Of a stretch of 64,000 bases of DNA, positions 36,137-46,229 are shown one piece after another. Below the pieces are notes generated by a model. The model searched no databases, was not told the origin of the DNA, and saw only the letters and a program-made list of their open reading frames with translations. Each line of letters starts with the position of its first letter. Position 1 is the first letter of the stretch. Location of the stretch: assembly GCA_020692245.1 (NCBI GenBank), contig JAIMKT010000001.1, positions 125,173 through 189,172 of the forward strand, given 5' to 3'. Position numbers and translations under genes: made by a program. The DNA is from Microcoleus sp. GA_180221_E-2-1-MAG-45_12 (GTDB lineage: Bacteria > Cyanobacteriota > Cyanobacteriia > Cyanobacteriales > JAAUUE01).

Positions 36137-37681
36137 ATGACTAGCGCAGCTACCGTGCCGATCGCAGGCATGAACAAATTTGAAAAATTCAAAGCTGAAA
36201 AAGATGGTCTAGCGGTCAAAGCAGAAATCGATCACTTTGCCAAAATTGGCTGGGAAGCCATGGATGAAACCGATCGAATCCACCGTCTCAAATGGCTAGG
36301 GATTTTCTTCCGTCCCGTCACTCCCGGCAAGTTCATGATGCGCCTCCGCCTGCCCAGTGGAATCATCACCAGCACCCAAATGCGGACTCTCGCTGGCATC
36401 ATTGCCCAGTACGGCGACGACGGCAGTGCCGATATTACTACCCGCCAGAATATCCAACTCCGGGGCATCCGCATCGAGGATATTCCCGATATCTTCCAGA
36501 AAATGCACCAAGTGGGCTTAACCAGTATTCAGTCGGGGATGGATAATGTGCGAAATATCACTGGTTCCCCGGTGGCAGGTATTGATGCCCACGAACTTAT
36601 GGACACACGGGAGTTAATCCAACAAGTCCAAGATATGATCACCAATCAGGGAGAAGGCAACCCAGAATTTAGCAACCTGCCCCGTAAATTCAATATTGCG
36701 ATCGGCGGCTGTCCAGACAACTCTATCCATGCCGAAATTAACGACATTGCCTTTGTCCCTGCCTACCAAGATGCAGCCAAACAGACCTTTGGTTTCAACG
36801 TCCTTGTGGGCGGATTTTTCTCAGCCAAGCGTTGCGAAGCAGCCATTCCCCTCAATGCCTGGGTGACTCCCGATCGAGTGGTAGAACTATGCCGAGTTAT
36901 TCTCACAGTCTACCGAGACCACGGACTCCGGGCAAACCGCCAAAAATCCCGGCTGATGTGGCTCATTGATGAACTGGGATTAGACGTATTTCGAGCCAAA
37001 GTCCAAGCACAACTTAGTTTTACCCTAGCTGAGGCTGCACCCAAGGACGAGATCAACTGGGAAAAACGAGATCACCTAGGAGTCTATCCCCAAAAACAGC
37101 CCGGACTCAACTACGTGGGGTTACATATTCCCGTTGGCAAACTCCTTGCCCCAGACATGTTTACCTTGGCTCGGTTAGCAGAGGTCTACGGCAGGGGGGA
37201 AATGCGTCTCACGGTGGAACAAAACGTGATTATTCCCCACGTCCCAACGGAAAACCTAGAGACTTTACTAGAGGAGCCATGCCTCCAGAAGTTTTCAGCC
37301 AATCCCGGAGCCTTAGTTAAAGGTTTAGTTTCCTGCACTGGCGCTCAATTTTGTAACTTTGCCCTCATCGAAACCAAAAATCGTGCCTTAGCCTTGATCC
37401 AAGAACTAGAAGCCGAAGTCACCCTGACTCGTCCGGTACGAATTCACTGGACTGGTTGTCCCAACTCCTGTGGTCAACCTCAAGTTGCCGATATTGGCTT
37501 GATGGGAACCAAAGTTCGCAAAGACGGCACAATGCAGGAAGGCGTAGATATCTACACAGGGGGAAAAGTCGGCAAAGATGCTCACCTTGGTACTTGCACT
37601 ACTCCCGGTGTCGCCTGTGTCGATCTCAAATCTGTATTGCTCGATATGCTGGTCAATCAGTTTGGGGCGATCGTCAAATAA
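36137..37681 (+). CDS. nirA: Ferredoxin-nitrite reductase
   Basis: Siroheme/4Fe-4S cysteines CTGAQFCNFA and TGCPNSCGQ. Full-length similarity to cyanobacterial NirA. Confidence 0.95.
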   Translation: MTSAATVPIAGMNKFEKFKAEKDGLAVKAEIDHFAKIGWEAMDETDRIHRLKWLGIFFRPVTPGKFMMRLRLPSGIITSTQMRTLAGIIAQYGDDGSADITTRQNIQLRGIRIEDIPDIFQKMHQVGLTSIQSGMDNVRNITGSPVAGIDAHELMDTRELIQQVQDMITNQGEGNPEFSNLPRKFNIAIGGCPDNSIHAEINDIAFVPAYQDAAKQTFGFNVLVGGFFSAKRCEAAIPLNAWVTPDRVVELCRVILTVYRDHGLRANRQKSRLMWLIDELGLDVFRAKVQAQLSFTLAEAAPKDEINWEKRDHLGVYPQKQPGLNYVGLHIPVGKLLAPDMFTLARLAEVYGRGEMRLTVEQNVIIPHVPTENLETLLEEPCLQKFSANPGALVKGLVSCTGAQFCNFALIETKNRALALIQELEAEVTLTRPVRIHWTGCPNSCGQPQVADIGLMGTKVRKDGTMQEGVDIYTGGKVGKDAHLGTCTTPGVACVDLKSVLLDMLVNQFGAIVK

Positions 37682-37848
37682 AAGGGATCAAGCTGCCTCT
37701 ATAGCGGGGAGTTTTTAGCCTAGACAAGGTGGCTTAGGGGTTGAGATTTACCAGCACAACTTAAGCCAATGGTTTAGTTCAATCCCTTACTCCTGCTACT
37801 GATCAACTGATCCCTAGTTCAAATTAACTCAAATTCCAGAATAACACT

Positions 37849-39171
37849 ATGTCTAGACTTTCTCGCCGGAAATTTATCCTCAATGCTGGAGCTACCACCG
37901 TCGGAGCCTTAGTTCTCAATAGCTGTAGCCAAAGCACTCCCACCACTTCTGCCTCTCCTGCTAGCTCTCCTGCTCCGGCGGCGAACGTGACAGCGGCGGA
38001 TGCTCCCGAAGTCACCACGGCGAAATTGGGTTTCATTGCCCTCACTGATGCGGTGCCGCTAATTGTTGCCAAGGAAAAAGGGCTTTTTGCTAAATACGGG
38101 ATGCCTGATGTGGAAGTTGCCAAGCAGGCTTCGTGGGGAGCAACCCGTGACAATATTGTCCTTGGTTCTGCTGGGGGTGGCATTGATGGTGCCCATATTC
38201 TTTCACCCTTTCCCTACCAAATTTCTACAGGGAAAGTCACCGATGGCAAGAAAGTACCCATGTACATCTTGGCAAGATTAAACACGAATGGTCAGGGAAT
38301 CCAACTAGCCAATACTTACAAAGAATTAAAGATCGGTGCAGATAGTTCTGCTCTGAAGGAAGCCTTTGCTAAACAGAAGGCAGAAGGAAAAGATATAAAA
38401 ATTGCCATGACTTTTCCCGGTGGCACCCATGATATGTGGATTCGTTACTGGCTGGCGGCAGGGGGCATCAATCCCGATACAGATGTTTCCCTAATTGTTG
38501 TTCCACCACCGCAGATGGTTGCCAATGTCAAGGTCGGGGGCATGGAAGCCTTCTGTGTGGGCGAGCCTTGGCCGTTGCAAACTGTGAATCAGTCTGTAGG
38601 TGTGGGAGCGATTACCACTGGGGAGATGTGGAAAGATCACCCAGAGAAATCTTTTGCCATGCGGGCGGAGTGGGTGGACAAAAATCCCAAGGCTACCAAG
38701 GCTTTGTTAATGGCAGTACAGGAAGCGCAAGTGTGGTGTGACAAGGCTGAAAATGTCAAGGAAATGTGTGAAATTCTCGCCAAACGGGAATGGTTGAAAG
38801 TCCCTGTGGAAGATATTCTCGATCGATCCAGTGGTAAATTCGACTTTGGGAATGGACGGACTCTCGATAACCCCGCCTTGAAGCAAAAATACTGGAGCGA
38901 TGCAGCTTCCTATCCCTTCAAGAGCCATGACCTGTGGTTCCTCACCGAGCATGAACGCTGGGGCATGTTACCCGAAGACGTTGATAAAAAACAATTAGTT
39001 GATGCTGTCAACCGGGAAGATATCTGGAAAGAAGCGGCGAAGGCGATCGGGCAGGAGGCAGCCATTCCCAAGAGTACCTCCCGTGGGGTGGAAACTTTCT
39101 TTGATGGTGTGAAATTCGACCCAGAAAATCCGACAGCCTACCTCAATGCCCTGAAAATCAAAAAGGCTTAG
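37849..39171 (+). CDS. nrtA: Nitrate/nitrite ABC transporter substrate-binding lipoprotein
   Basis: RRKFILNAGATTVGALVLNSCS signal. KLGFI.LTD..P...A.EKG.F.KYG blocks. Confidence 0.95.
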   Translation: MSRLSRRKFILNAGATTVGALVLNSCSQSTPTTSASPASSPAPAANVTAADAPEVTTAKLGFIALTDAVPLIVAKEKGLFAKYGMPDVEVAKQASWGATRDNIVLGSAGGGIDGAHILSPFPYQISTGKVTDGKKVPMYILARLNTNGQGIQLANTYKELKIGADSSALKEAFAKQKAEGKDIKIAMTFPGGTHDMWIRYWLAAGGINPDTDVSLIVVPPPQMVANVKVGGMEAFCVGEPWPLQTVNQSVGVGAITTGEMWKDHPEKSFAMRAEWVDKNPKATKALLMAVQEAQVWCDKAENVKEMCEILAKREWLKVPVEDILDRSSGKFDFGNGRTLDNPALKQKYWSDAASYPFKSHDLWFLTEHERWGMLPEDVDKKQLVDAVNREDIWKEAAKAIGQEAAIPKSTSRGVETFFDGVKFDPENPTAYLNALKIKKA

Positions 39172-39290
39172 GTAATTCTCTAATTCACCAATGAACTCGA
39201 TCGACCTAGTAGTTAATTGTAGGGTGGGCATCGCCCACCATTATCCCGCCATCTAGGTACTGACTTTAATCAACAAATCCTGCCAAATTT

Positions 39291-40133
39291 ATGACAGCGA
39301 CTACCCCCAACTCTCCAAATTTTTTAGCTGCCTTAGCCATGTCCTTTGTGGGCAATTTCCAGAAAAATGCTCGGAAACTCCTGACCTCGGCGATCGCCAT
39401 TTTGATCGTCTTAGCTGTGTGGCAACTTCTTTGTTCGGGAGAAAACCCAGCCCTACCCCCACCTTCTAAGGTTATTGATGATACTTGGGATTTGATTGTT
39501 GATCCCTTCTTCGATCGAGGCGGCACAGATAAGGGATTATTTCTCCATCTAGCGGCTAGTTTGATGCGAGTTGCCCAAGGATTTCTCCTCGCTGCGATCG
39601 TGGGCATTGGGGTCGGTATTGTGATCGGCAGTAATATTTTTGTGTACGATGCTGTGGATCCGATCTTTCAAGTCCTCCGCACCGTTCCGCCTCTGGCTTG
39701 GCTACCCATTTCCCTCGCCGCCTTCAAAGACAGTCAACCCTCAGCAATTTTCGTAATTTTTATTACTTCTGTTTGGCCAGTCCTCATCAACACCGCCGTA
39801 GGTGTCCAACAGGTTCCCCAAGACTACAAAAACGTCGCCAAGGTCTTGCAACTTTCCAAGTTTGAGTATTTTGTCAGTGTCCTATTTCCGGCGATCGTCC
39901 CTTACGTTTTCACGGGTCTCCGCATCGGTGTCGGTCTATCTTGGCTAGCGATCGTGGCAGCAGAAATGCTGATTGGTGGGGTCGGCATCGGCTTTTTCAT
40001 CTGGGACTCCTGGAATAGTTCCCTGATCAGCGAAATCATCATTGCCCTCATCTACGTGGGTATAGTCGGCTTACTTCTAGATAAACTTGTGGTCTTCCTC
40101 GGTAGTTTGGTACTGCCCCCAGAACAGAAATAA
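39291..40133 (+). CDS. nrtB: Nitrate/nitrite ABC transporter permease
   Basis: Multi-TM with an EAA-like loop, located between nrtA and nrtC. Confidence 0.9.
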   Translation: MTATTPNSPNFLAALAMSFVGNFQKNARKLLTSAIAILIVLAVWQLLCSGENPALPPPSKVIDDTWDLIVDPFFDRGGTDKGLFLHLAASLMRVAQGFLLAAIVGIGVGIVIGSNIFVYDAVDPIFQVLRTVPPLAWLPISLAAFKDSQPSAIFVIFITSVWPVLINTAVGVQQVPQDYKNVAKVLQLSKFEYFVSVLFPAIVPYVFTGLRIGVGLSWLAIVAAEMLIGGVGIGFFIWDSWNSSLISEIIIALIYVGIVGLLLDKLVVFLGSLVLPPEQK

Positions 40134-40156
40134 ATTCCTCTTACCTCCTCAAACCT

Positions 40157-42139
40157 ATGCTCTCCTTTGTTGAAATTGATCACGTAGATAAGGTTTTTCC
40201 GTTAGCCAATGGAGCTAAATATATTGCCCTGAAAAATGTTGACTTAAATATCCAAAAGGGCGAGTTTATTACTTTGATCGGTCACTCTGGTTGTGGAAAA
40301 TCTACCCTGCTGAATATGGTGGCGGGGTTAGAACAGCCCAGCGCTGGTGGCGTAATCCTTGAAGGAAAACTGGTAACGGCTCCAGGCCCAGAACGGATGG
40401 TGGTCTTTCAAAATTATTCCCTGCTGCCGTGGATGACTGTGCGCCAGAATATTGCCCTAGCAGTGAATCGAGTATTTCGTAATCTGTCTAAGGGAGAACG
40501 TCGGGGGATTGTTGAACAACACATTGACCTGGTAAGCCTTCGTCCTGCTGCTGACAAACTTCCTGCCCAACTTTCTGGAGGCATGAAACAACGGGTGGCG
40601 ATCGCCCGGGCCTTGGCTATTCGTCCGAAGATGTTACTTTTGGATGAACCTTTTGGGGCTTTGGATGCCTTGACTAGGGGAGGTTTACAGGAACAATTGA
40701 TGAAAATCTGTCAAGAGAGCAAAGTAACTTGCTTGATGGTGACTCATGATGTGGATGAAGCTCTGTTGTTGTCCGATCGCATTGTGATGTTGACTAACGG
40801 GCCAGAAGCGCAAATTGGGCAAATTTTAGAAGTGCCAATTCCTCGTCCCCGCGATCGACATTCTGTAGTCAATCATCCCAGCTACTACAGCCTGCGGAGT
40901 GAAATGATCTACTTCCTCGATCAGCAAAAACGCTCTAAGCACAGAAAGTCTATCAAGGCAACCGCCATCGCCAGTCATGGTTTAGAGAAGATCAATCTAT
41001 CCCTCGGATTTATTCCCCTCACAGACTGCGCTCCCTTGGTAGTTGCCAAGGAAAAAGGCTTTTTTGCTAAGTATGGCTTAACCGAAGTTAGCCTGAATCG
41101 GGAGCCAAGCTGGAAAGCAGTGATGGAAGGAGTAGCCGATGGTCGTCTGGATGGAGCGCAGATGGTTACAGGAATGCCGATCGCCATGACCCTAGGGGCG
41201 GGGATCAAGGAGCCTGTCACGATCGAAACTGCTCTGACCCTCTCTCGCCAAGGCAACGCCATCACTTTTAGCAAACAACTCTATCAACAGGGGATCAAAA
41301 CCCTCGCCGACTTAAAGGGATTGATCGATCGTACTGCTGATAAAATTTACACCCTCGGCACTGTGCATCCCACTTCTATGCACAATCTCTTACTCCGTTA
41401 CTGGTTAGCTAGTGGTGGCATTGATCCAGATACCGATGTCAGCTTGCTAGTGATTCCACCGCCCCAAATGATGGCAAACCTCAAGGCAGGAAATATTATC
41501 GGTTATTGTAGTGGCGAACCTTGGAACACCAGAGCAGTGGCAGAAGGAGTCGGTACAATCCTTGCTACCAGTGGGGAACTATGGGCGGGGCATCCCGAAA
41601 AAGTCCTCGGAGTCCAACAAGCTTGGGCGCAAACCTACCCTAAAACCTACGTGGCACTGGTGACAGCTCTCCTGGAAGCCTGTGAATACTGCGATGACCA
41701 CCGCAACCGGGGTGAAATTGCAACTCTTCTCAGTCAGTCTCAATACTTAGGTTTAGAAGCTGAGTACATCCGACCCGGTTTCCTTGATCCCTACGATTAT
41801 GGAAATGGAGAGGAACCAGAAGCAATGCCCCGATTTATGCAGTTCCATGTCAACCAATCCAACTGTCCCGATCGAACAGAAATGCTCTGGGTGATGACTC
41901 AAATGGCAAGGTGGGGAGTGATTGATTTTCCCAAAAACTGGCTAGAAATCCTCGATCAGGTCTGTCAACTCCAAGTCTTTGGGGAAGCTGCCCGGAATTT
42001 AGAATTCCCAGAGTTCAAACGGGAAGAAACCCACATTAAGCTCTTTGATGAAGTCAGCTTTAACCCCAACGATCCCCTTGGCTACCTAGACAAAGTGGAG
42101 ATCAAGAAGCCGATCAAAGTTGTAGAAATGAGACGCTAA
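40157..42139 (+). CDS. nrtC: Nitrate/nitrite ABC transporter ATPase with C-terminal NrtA-like regulatory domain
   Basis: [27 protein letters not shown] and [11 protein letters not shown]. The C-terminal 380 aa are paralogous to NrtA ([25 protein letters not shown]). Confidence 0.9.
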   Translation: MLSFVEIDHVDKVFPLANGAKYIALKNVDLNIQKGEFITLIGHSGCGKSTLLNMVAGLEQPSAGGVILEGKLVTAPGPERMVVFQNYSLLPWMTVRQNIALAVNRVFRNLSKGERRGIVEQHIDLVSLRPAADKLPAQLSGGMKQRVAIARALAIRPKMLLLDEPFGALDALTRGGLQEQLMKICQESKVTCLMVTHDVDEALLLSDRIVMLTNGPEAQIGQILEVPIPRPRDRHSVVNHPSYYSLRSEMIYFLDQQKRSKHRKSIKATAIASHGLEKINLSLGFIPLTDCAPLVVAKEKGFFAKYGLTEVSLNREPSWKAVMEGVADGRLDGAQMVTGMPIAMTLGAGIKEPVTIETALTLSRQGNAITFSKQLYQQGIKTLADLKGLIDRTADKIYTLGTVHPTSMHNLLLRYWLASGGIDPDTDVSLLVIPPPQMMANLKAGNIIGYCSGEPWNTRAVAEGVGTILATSGELWAGHPEKVLGVQQAWAQTYPKTYVALVTALLEACEYCDDHRNRGEIATLLSQSQYLGLEAEYIRPGFLDPYDYGNGEEPEAMPRFMQFHVNQSNCPDRTEMLWVMTQMARWGVIDFPKNWLEILDQVCQLQVFGEAARNLEFPEFKREETHIKLFDEVSFNPNDPLGYLDKVEIKKPIKVVEMRR

Positions 42140-42163
42140 ATCTATTCTCCCCTAATTAAACCT

Positions 42164-42991
42164 ATGCAAACTCTAGACTTGAAAACTAACTCTGCCCCTA
42201 CTACCACTGCTCCTTTCTTGACGATCGAAAATATCTCCAAGGTTTATCCCACTCCCCAAGGAGAATACACAGTCTTGGAAAACGTTAATCTCAGTATTCA
42301 AGAAGGAGAATTTGTTTGTATTATTGGTCACTCTGGCTGTGGCAAATCTACTTTGTTGAATCTTGTTGCCGGATTTTCCCAAGCTACTACCGGGGAAGTC
42401 CGGCTGCCGACGGGATTAATCACCAAGCCGGGGCCCGATCGTATGGTCGTCTTCCAAAACTATTCCCTGCTGCCCTGGAAAACTGCCTTTGAAAATGTCT
42501 TTCTGGGCGTGAAGTCAGTGTATGGTCAGAAATCTAAAAAAGAACAAATCGAAATTACCAACCATTATCTGCATTTGGTGGGACTGGATGAAGCCATGCA
42601 CAAAAAGCCGGGGCAGCTTTCGGGGGGGATGAAGCAACGGGTGGCGATCGCGCGAGCTTTGGCAATTTCTCCCCAAGTCTTGATTCTGGATGAACCCTTT
42701 GGCGCTCTAGACCCCATGACCAGAGAAGACCTCCAAGAAGAACTCCTGAGTATCTGGAGAGATAACCAAGTTACGGTTTTGATGATTACCCACGATATTG
42801 ATGAGGCTCTATTTTTGAGCGATCGAGTGGTGATGATGACCAATGGGCCTGCTGCCACGATCGGGGAAGTGCTAGAGATTCCCTTTTCCCGCCCCCGCAA
42901 TCGTAGCCAAATTATGGAAGACCCCCGCTACTACGATCTCCGTAATCATGCCCTAGAGTTCTTGTTCGATCGCTATGCCCATATGGACTAA
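42164..42991 (+). CDS. nrtD: Nitrate/nitrite ABC transporter ATPase
   Basis: [27 protein letters not shown] and [10 protein letters not shown]. Confidence 0.9.
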   Translation: MQTLDLKTNSAPTTTAPFLTIENISKVYPTPQGEYTVLENVNLSIQEGEFVCIIGHSGCGKSTLLNLVAGFSQATTGEVRLPTGLITKPGPDRMVVFQNYSLLPWKTAFENVFLGVKSVYGQKSKKEQIEITNHYLHLVGLDEAMHKKPGQLSGGMKQRVAIARALAISPQVLILDEPFGALDPMTREDLQEELLSIWRDNQVTVLMITHDIDEALFLSDRVVMMTNGPAATIGEVLEIPFSRPRNRSQIMEDPRYYDLRNHALEFLFDRYAHMD

Positions 42992-43085
42992 TTTTATGAA
43001 ATTTAATCCGTAAATTAGCAAAAGATTCGTAAAAGATTAGCGAAAAAATTAACCCCAGAATCAAAATCCGCCGAGGTTTTTCCCA

Positions 43086-43454
43086 ATGTTATCTTCCCTT
43101 GTTCCTCAACAGACAGGTTCCCCAACCCAGACAACTCCTAGACCCGGATCATCAATCCTCTGCTACTACACCAATGTTAGTTCCTCTGTCCAGATTCTCC
43201 GCTTAACCAATTCCTTGGAACTAGATTTGATCCCAAATTCGATCGCAAATACAAGGTCTAACTCAATACCAAAATCAATTCCAGATTTCACCCCAGCTTG
43301 GTCAGACAAAGTGGTATTTCCCGGTCAAAGATTTTTATTTCAGGCTTTACCCACAGCCAAATTGCAAATTTTTGTTAGTGAGGAGGGTAATGAAAGATTT
43401 ATTGACCAGATTCAATGTCAGCATTTGCGAGTCTCCCAAGGTAATGAGCAATAA
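43086..43454 (+). CDS. DUF1830-like protein carrying a low-complexity insertion
   Basis: ILCYYTN.SS.VQILR and KVVFPGQRFLFQALP.AKLQI match my memory of DUF1830 (ILCCY.N....IQI.RI....ERVVFPGQRLLFEA). About 28 extra residues (LELDLIPNSIANTRSNSIPKSIPDFTPA) lie between the two blocks. Confidence 0.5.
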   Translation: MLSSLVPQQTGSPTQTTPRPGSSILCYYTNVSSSVQILRLTNSLELDLIPNSIANTRSNSIPKSIPDFTPAWSDKVVFPGQRFLFQALPTAKLQIFVSEEGNERFIDQIQCQHLRVSQGNEQ

Positions 43455-43540
43455 TTCTAGCAAGACGAAAAAATCCAAAAAAATACATCACCGCTCTTGA
43501 GTTAAAATGGTTCATAAACAATTTTTCGATATGAATCACT

Positions 43541-43906
43541 ATGACTACGACAGAATCTAGTAAATTGTCTAGCGAGAAAAGCCTAGAGGCGATGAAGAAC
43601 TTTGCAGAAACCTATGCCAAGCGGACGGGGACTTATTTTTGTGTAGACCCTTCGGTGACGGCGGTGGTAATTGAGGGTTTGGCAAAGCATAAAGACGATC
43701 TTGGTGCGCCTCTATGTCCTTGTCGCCACTATGAAGATAAAGAAGCAGAAGTCAAAGCTACTTTTTGGAATTGCCCTTGTATTCCCATGCGGGAGCGGAA
43801 GGAATGCCACTGTATGCTGTTTTTGACCCCAGACAATGAATTTGCAGGACAGGAGCAGGATATTCCCATGTCAGAACTCGAAGCAGTCCGGGCAACTTTA
43901 GCTTAG
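43541..43906 (+). CDS. ftrC: Ferredoxin-thioredoxin reductase catalytic subunit
   Basis: CPCRHYEDKEAE....WNCPCIPMRERKECHCMLF cysteine pattern. Confidence 0.9.
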   Translation: MTTTESSKLSSEKSLEAMKNFAETYAKRTGTYFCVDPSVTAVVIEGLAKHKDDLGAPLCPCRHYEDKEAEVKATFWNCPCIPMRERKECHCMLFLTPDNEFAGQEQDIPMSELEAVRATLA

Positions 43907-43943
43907 AAACGATTAAAAGCTAGGTAAAGGCAGGAGTAATTTC

Positions 43944-44444
43944 ATGATCGATCGACTGCCTCCAGAGTTTTGGCTAGGGGTTGAGGAATTTAACCAGCGA
44001 GCCTTCTACGAGTGCCACGATACCCTAGAGGCTTTGTGGATCGAAGCAATGGAACCAGAAAAACGCTTTTATCAAGGGGTCTTACAAATAGCTGTAGCTT
44101 GCCATCACCTGAGTAATCTCAACTGGCGGGGTGCAGTGATGCTGTTGGGGGAAGGGATTAGGCGCTTGGAAGATTACGTTCCTGATGACTACGGGGTAGA
44201 TGTGACTGGATTAGTGGATCAAAGTATGGCTCTGTTGGTGGCTCTCCAGCAAGCCGGGATCGAAAAAGTCGAGGAATTTGCCTATTTATTTAACGATGAA
44301 TCTCAGGACGAATCTAATAAATCTAATCCAAATCTCCCAAGCCCAGATTCTCCAAGCCCTCAGATACTCAGTCTAGTCGATCGAGTTAATCTAGTTAATT
44401 TACCCAAAATTGATTCCTGCCCTGGGAAAGAAACTTTTGGATAA
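43944..44444 (+). CDS. DUF309-domain protein
   Basis: FN.RAFYECHD.LE.LW......EK.FYQG.LQIAVA.HH pattern. Confidence 0.7.
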   Translation: MIDRLPPEFWLGVEEFNQRAFYECHDTLEALWIEAMEPEKRFYQGVLQIAVACHHLSNLNWRGAVMLLGEGIRRLEDYVPDDYGVDVTGLVDQSMALLVALQQAGIEKVEEFAYLFNDESQDESNKSNPNLPSPDSPSPQILSLVDRVNLVNLPKIDSCPGKETFG

Positions 44445-44649
44445 GTCTACAAATTAATTGGTGGTGTATTGCCCACCCTACTCTGGATAAATCTTTGGGG
44501 AAACTTAGGGGAAATACTATCGGTCATGGTGTTTATATTTATTGGGGCATCAGAATATTAGTAAGTATTAGTAAATTATCAGCAAGTTCTTTTGCAAAGT
44601 CTCTCACCAAATCTTTTAATTGCCATCGCCTACACCTAGAAAAACTCCT

Positions 44650-45258
44650 ATGAAAATCCCTTGCCAACTCAATAAATTTAATTTGAGATTTAGCCCTAGA
44701 ATTAACTCTAAATTTAACTCTGGATTTGGCTCTAGATTCACTCCTAGACTTTATTACTTTAGTTTTCTCAAAGGTTGGCGATCGATCCTCCTTGCCTCTG
44801 CTTCCCTATTTGGAACACTATTAATCCCCGGAATGCTGGCTAATGCTCAACTTCAACCCCCGGCTCCGGGAGACGGTCGAGCCTTGGTGGTGCGATCGGA
44901 TATCCAAGAAGCCAACAGTCAAACCGGGGTGGTCACGGCGAGGGGGAATGTCCAGATTGATTACCCAGCCCGGCAGATCCGAGCAACGGCGGCTCAAGCC
45001 CAGTATTTCAGTAATGAACGGCGGATTATTTTAAGCGGCAATGTCTTTGTCCTCCAAAATGGGAATAGCTTGCGGGGTGAAACCATTACTTATTTGATTG
45101 ATGAAGGACGTTTTGTGGCTCTACCAAGGGCCGATCGCCAAGTAGAATCTACCTACCTTGTCAACGATCCCGCCGCCCCCCCTACTCCCGTCGCCCCCGC
45201 CGCCGACACGACACCTTTCAACCCCAAGCCAGAGTTCAAAGAACCCACCTCCGAGTAA
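44650..45258 (+). CDS. LptA/OstA-N-like periplasmic LPS transport protein
   Basis: OstA-like beta-jellyroll repeats (V.ARGNV.I......I.A..A.Y....R...L.GNV.......SLRGE.I.Y). Located upstream of lptB. ATG at 44650 preferred. The N-terminus is repeat-encoded. Confidence 0.65.
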   Translation: MKIPCQLNKFNLRFSPRINSKFNSGFGSRFTPRLYYFSFLKGWRSILLASASLFGTLLIPGMLANAQLQPPAPGDGRALVVRSDIQEANSQTGVVTARGNVQIDYPARQIRATAAQAQYFSNERRIILSGNVFVLQNGNSLRGETITYLIDEGRFVALPRADRQVESTYLVNDPAAPPTPVAPAADTTPFNPKPEFKEPTSE

Positions 45259-45263
45259 AATTA

Positions 45264-45294
45264 CAGAGAGGGCGTAAAGCCTTGCACCCCTACA
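45264..45294. repeat. 31-bp hairpin element, inverted diverged copy 2
   Basis: CAGAGAGGGCGTAAAGCCTTGCACCCCTACA compared with the reverse complement of 21611-21641: about 28/31 identical. Confidence 0.7.
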
Positions 45295-45414
45295 AAAATC
45301 TATTTAGATCAGGCTCTTAGTAAAATGGGGTAACTCTATCTACTAACTTTTTTCTCTAAAAGCTTCTTTACCTCCCTGTACCTCCTCTACCTCCCTTCCC
45401 CTATCTACCCCTCC

Positions 45415-46143
45415 ATGAAAATCGTCCTCGAAAATATCCACAAATCCTATGGCAAGCGATCAATCGTGAATCGGGTGCATTTATCTGTGGCGCAGGGAGA
45501 AATTGTCGGCTTGTTGGGACCTAATGGGGCGGGGAAAACGACGACTTTTTATATTGCCACGGGGTTAGAGCGCCCGAACCAAGGGAAGGTATGGCTGGAC
45601 GAGATGGATATTACGGAGCTTTCGATTAATCAACGATCGCATCTCGGTATTGGTTATCTAACCCAAGAAGCCAGCATTTTTCGGAATCTGACGGTACAGG
45701 AAAATATTATGGTGTCTCTGCAACAAACCGGAGTCCCACGGGAGCGGTGGCGATCGAGGTTACAATTTTTATTGCAGGAATTCCGCCTCGAAAAAGTCGC
45801 AAGAACCAAGGGAAATCAGGTTTCTGGCGGGGAGCGGCGCAGGACAGAACTGGCGAGAGCCTTGGCAGTGGGGGAGTATGGTCCTAAATTTATGCTGCTA
45901 GATGAACCCTTTGCTGGGGTTGATCCGATCGCTGTTTCGGAAATTCAAAAAATTGTTGCTGCCCTCCGAGATCAACAGGTCGGAATCTTAATCACTGACC
46001 ACAACGTCCGGGAAACCCTCGCCATTACCGATCGAGCCTATATTATGCGGGATGGACAAATTCTTGCCTCTGGGAGTGCAGAAGAACTTTATAATAATCC
46101 TCTAGTCCGTCAATATTATCTAGGTGATGAGTTCCAGAGATAG
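45415..46143 (+). CDS. lptB: LPS export ABC transporter ATP-binding protein
   Basis: GPNGAGKTTTFY, VSGGERRRTELARAL, LLDEPFAGVDP, ITDHNVRETL. Confidence 0.9.
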   Translation: MKIVLENIHKSYGKRSIVNRVHLSVAQGEIVGLLGPNGAGKTTTFYIATGLERPNQGKVWLDEMDITELSINQRSHLGIGYLTQEASIFRNLTVQENIMVSLQQTGVPRERWRSRLQFLLQEFRLEKVARTKGNQVSGGERRRTELARALAVGEYGPKFMLLDEPFAGVDPIAVSEIQKIVAALRDQQVGILITDHNVRETLAITDRAYIMRDGQILASGSAEELYNNPLVRQYYLGDEFQR

Positions 46144-46229
46144 TTAAAAGCCTTAGTTAAAACCTCCGAGAGTAGACCTCTATGATGAAATTCAAATCTC
46201 CTCCAGACTTTTCCCTAGGGATATCGATT

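Noticed and set aside
37824-38183. 119-aa minus-strand ORF over the nrtA 5' end
   Set aside because: It is antisense to nrtA, with an Ala/Pro-rich translation typical of a shadow frame.
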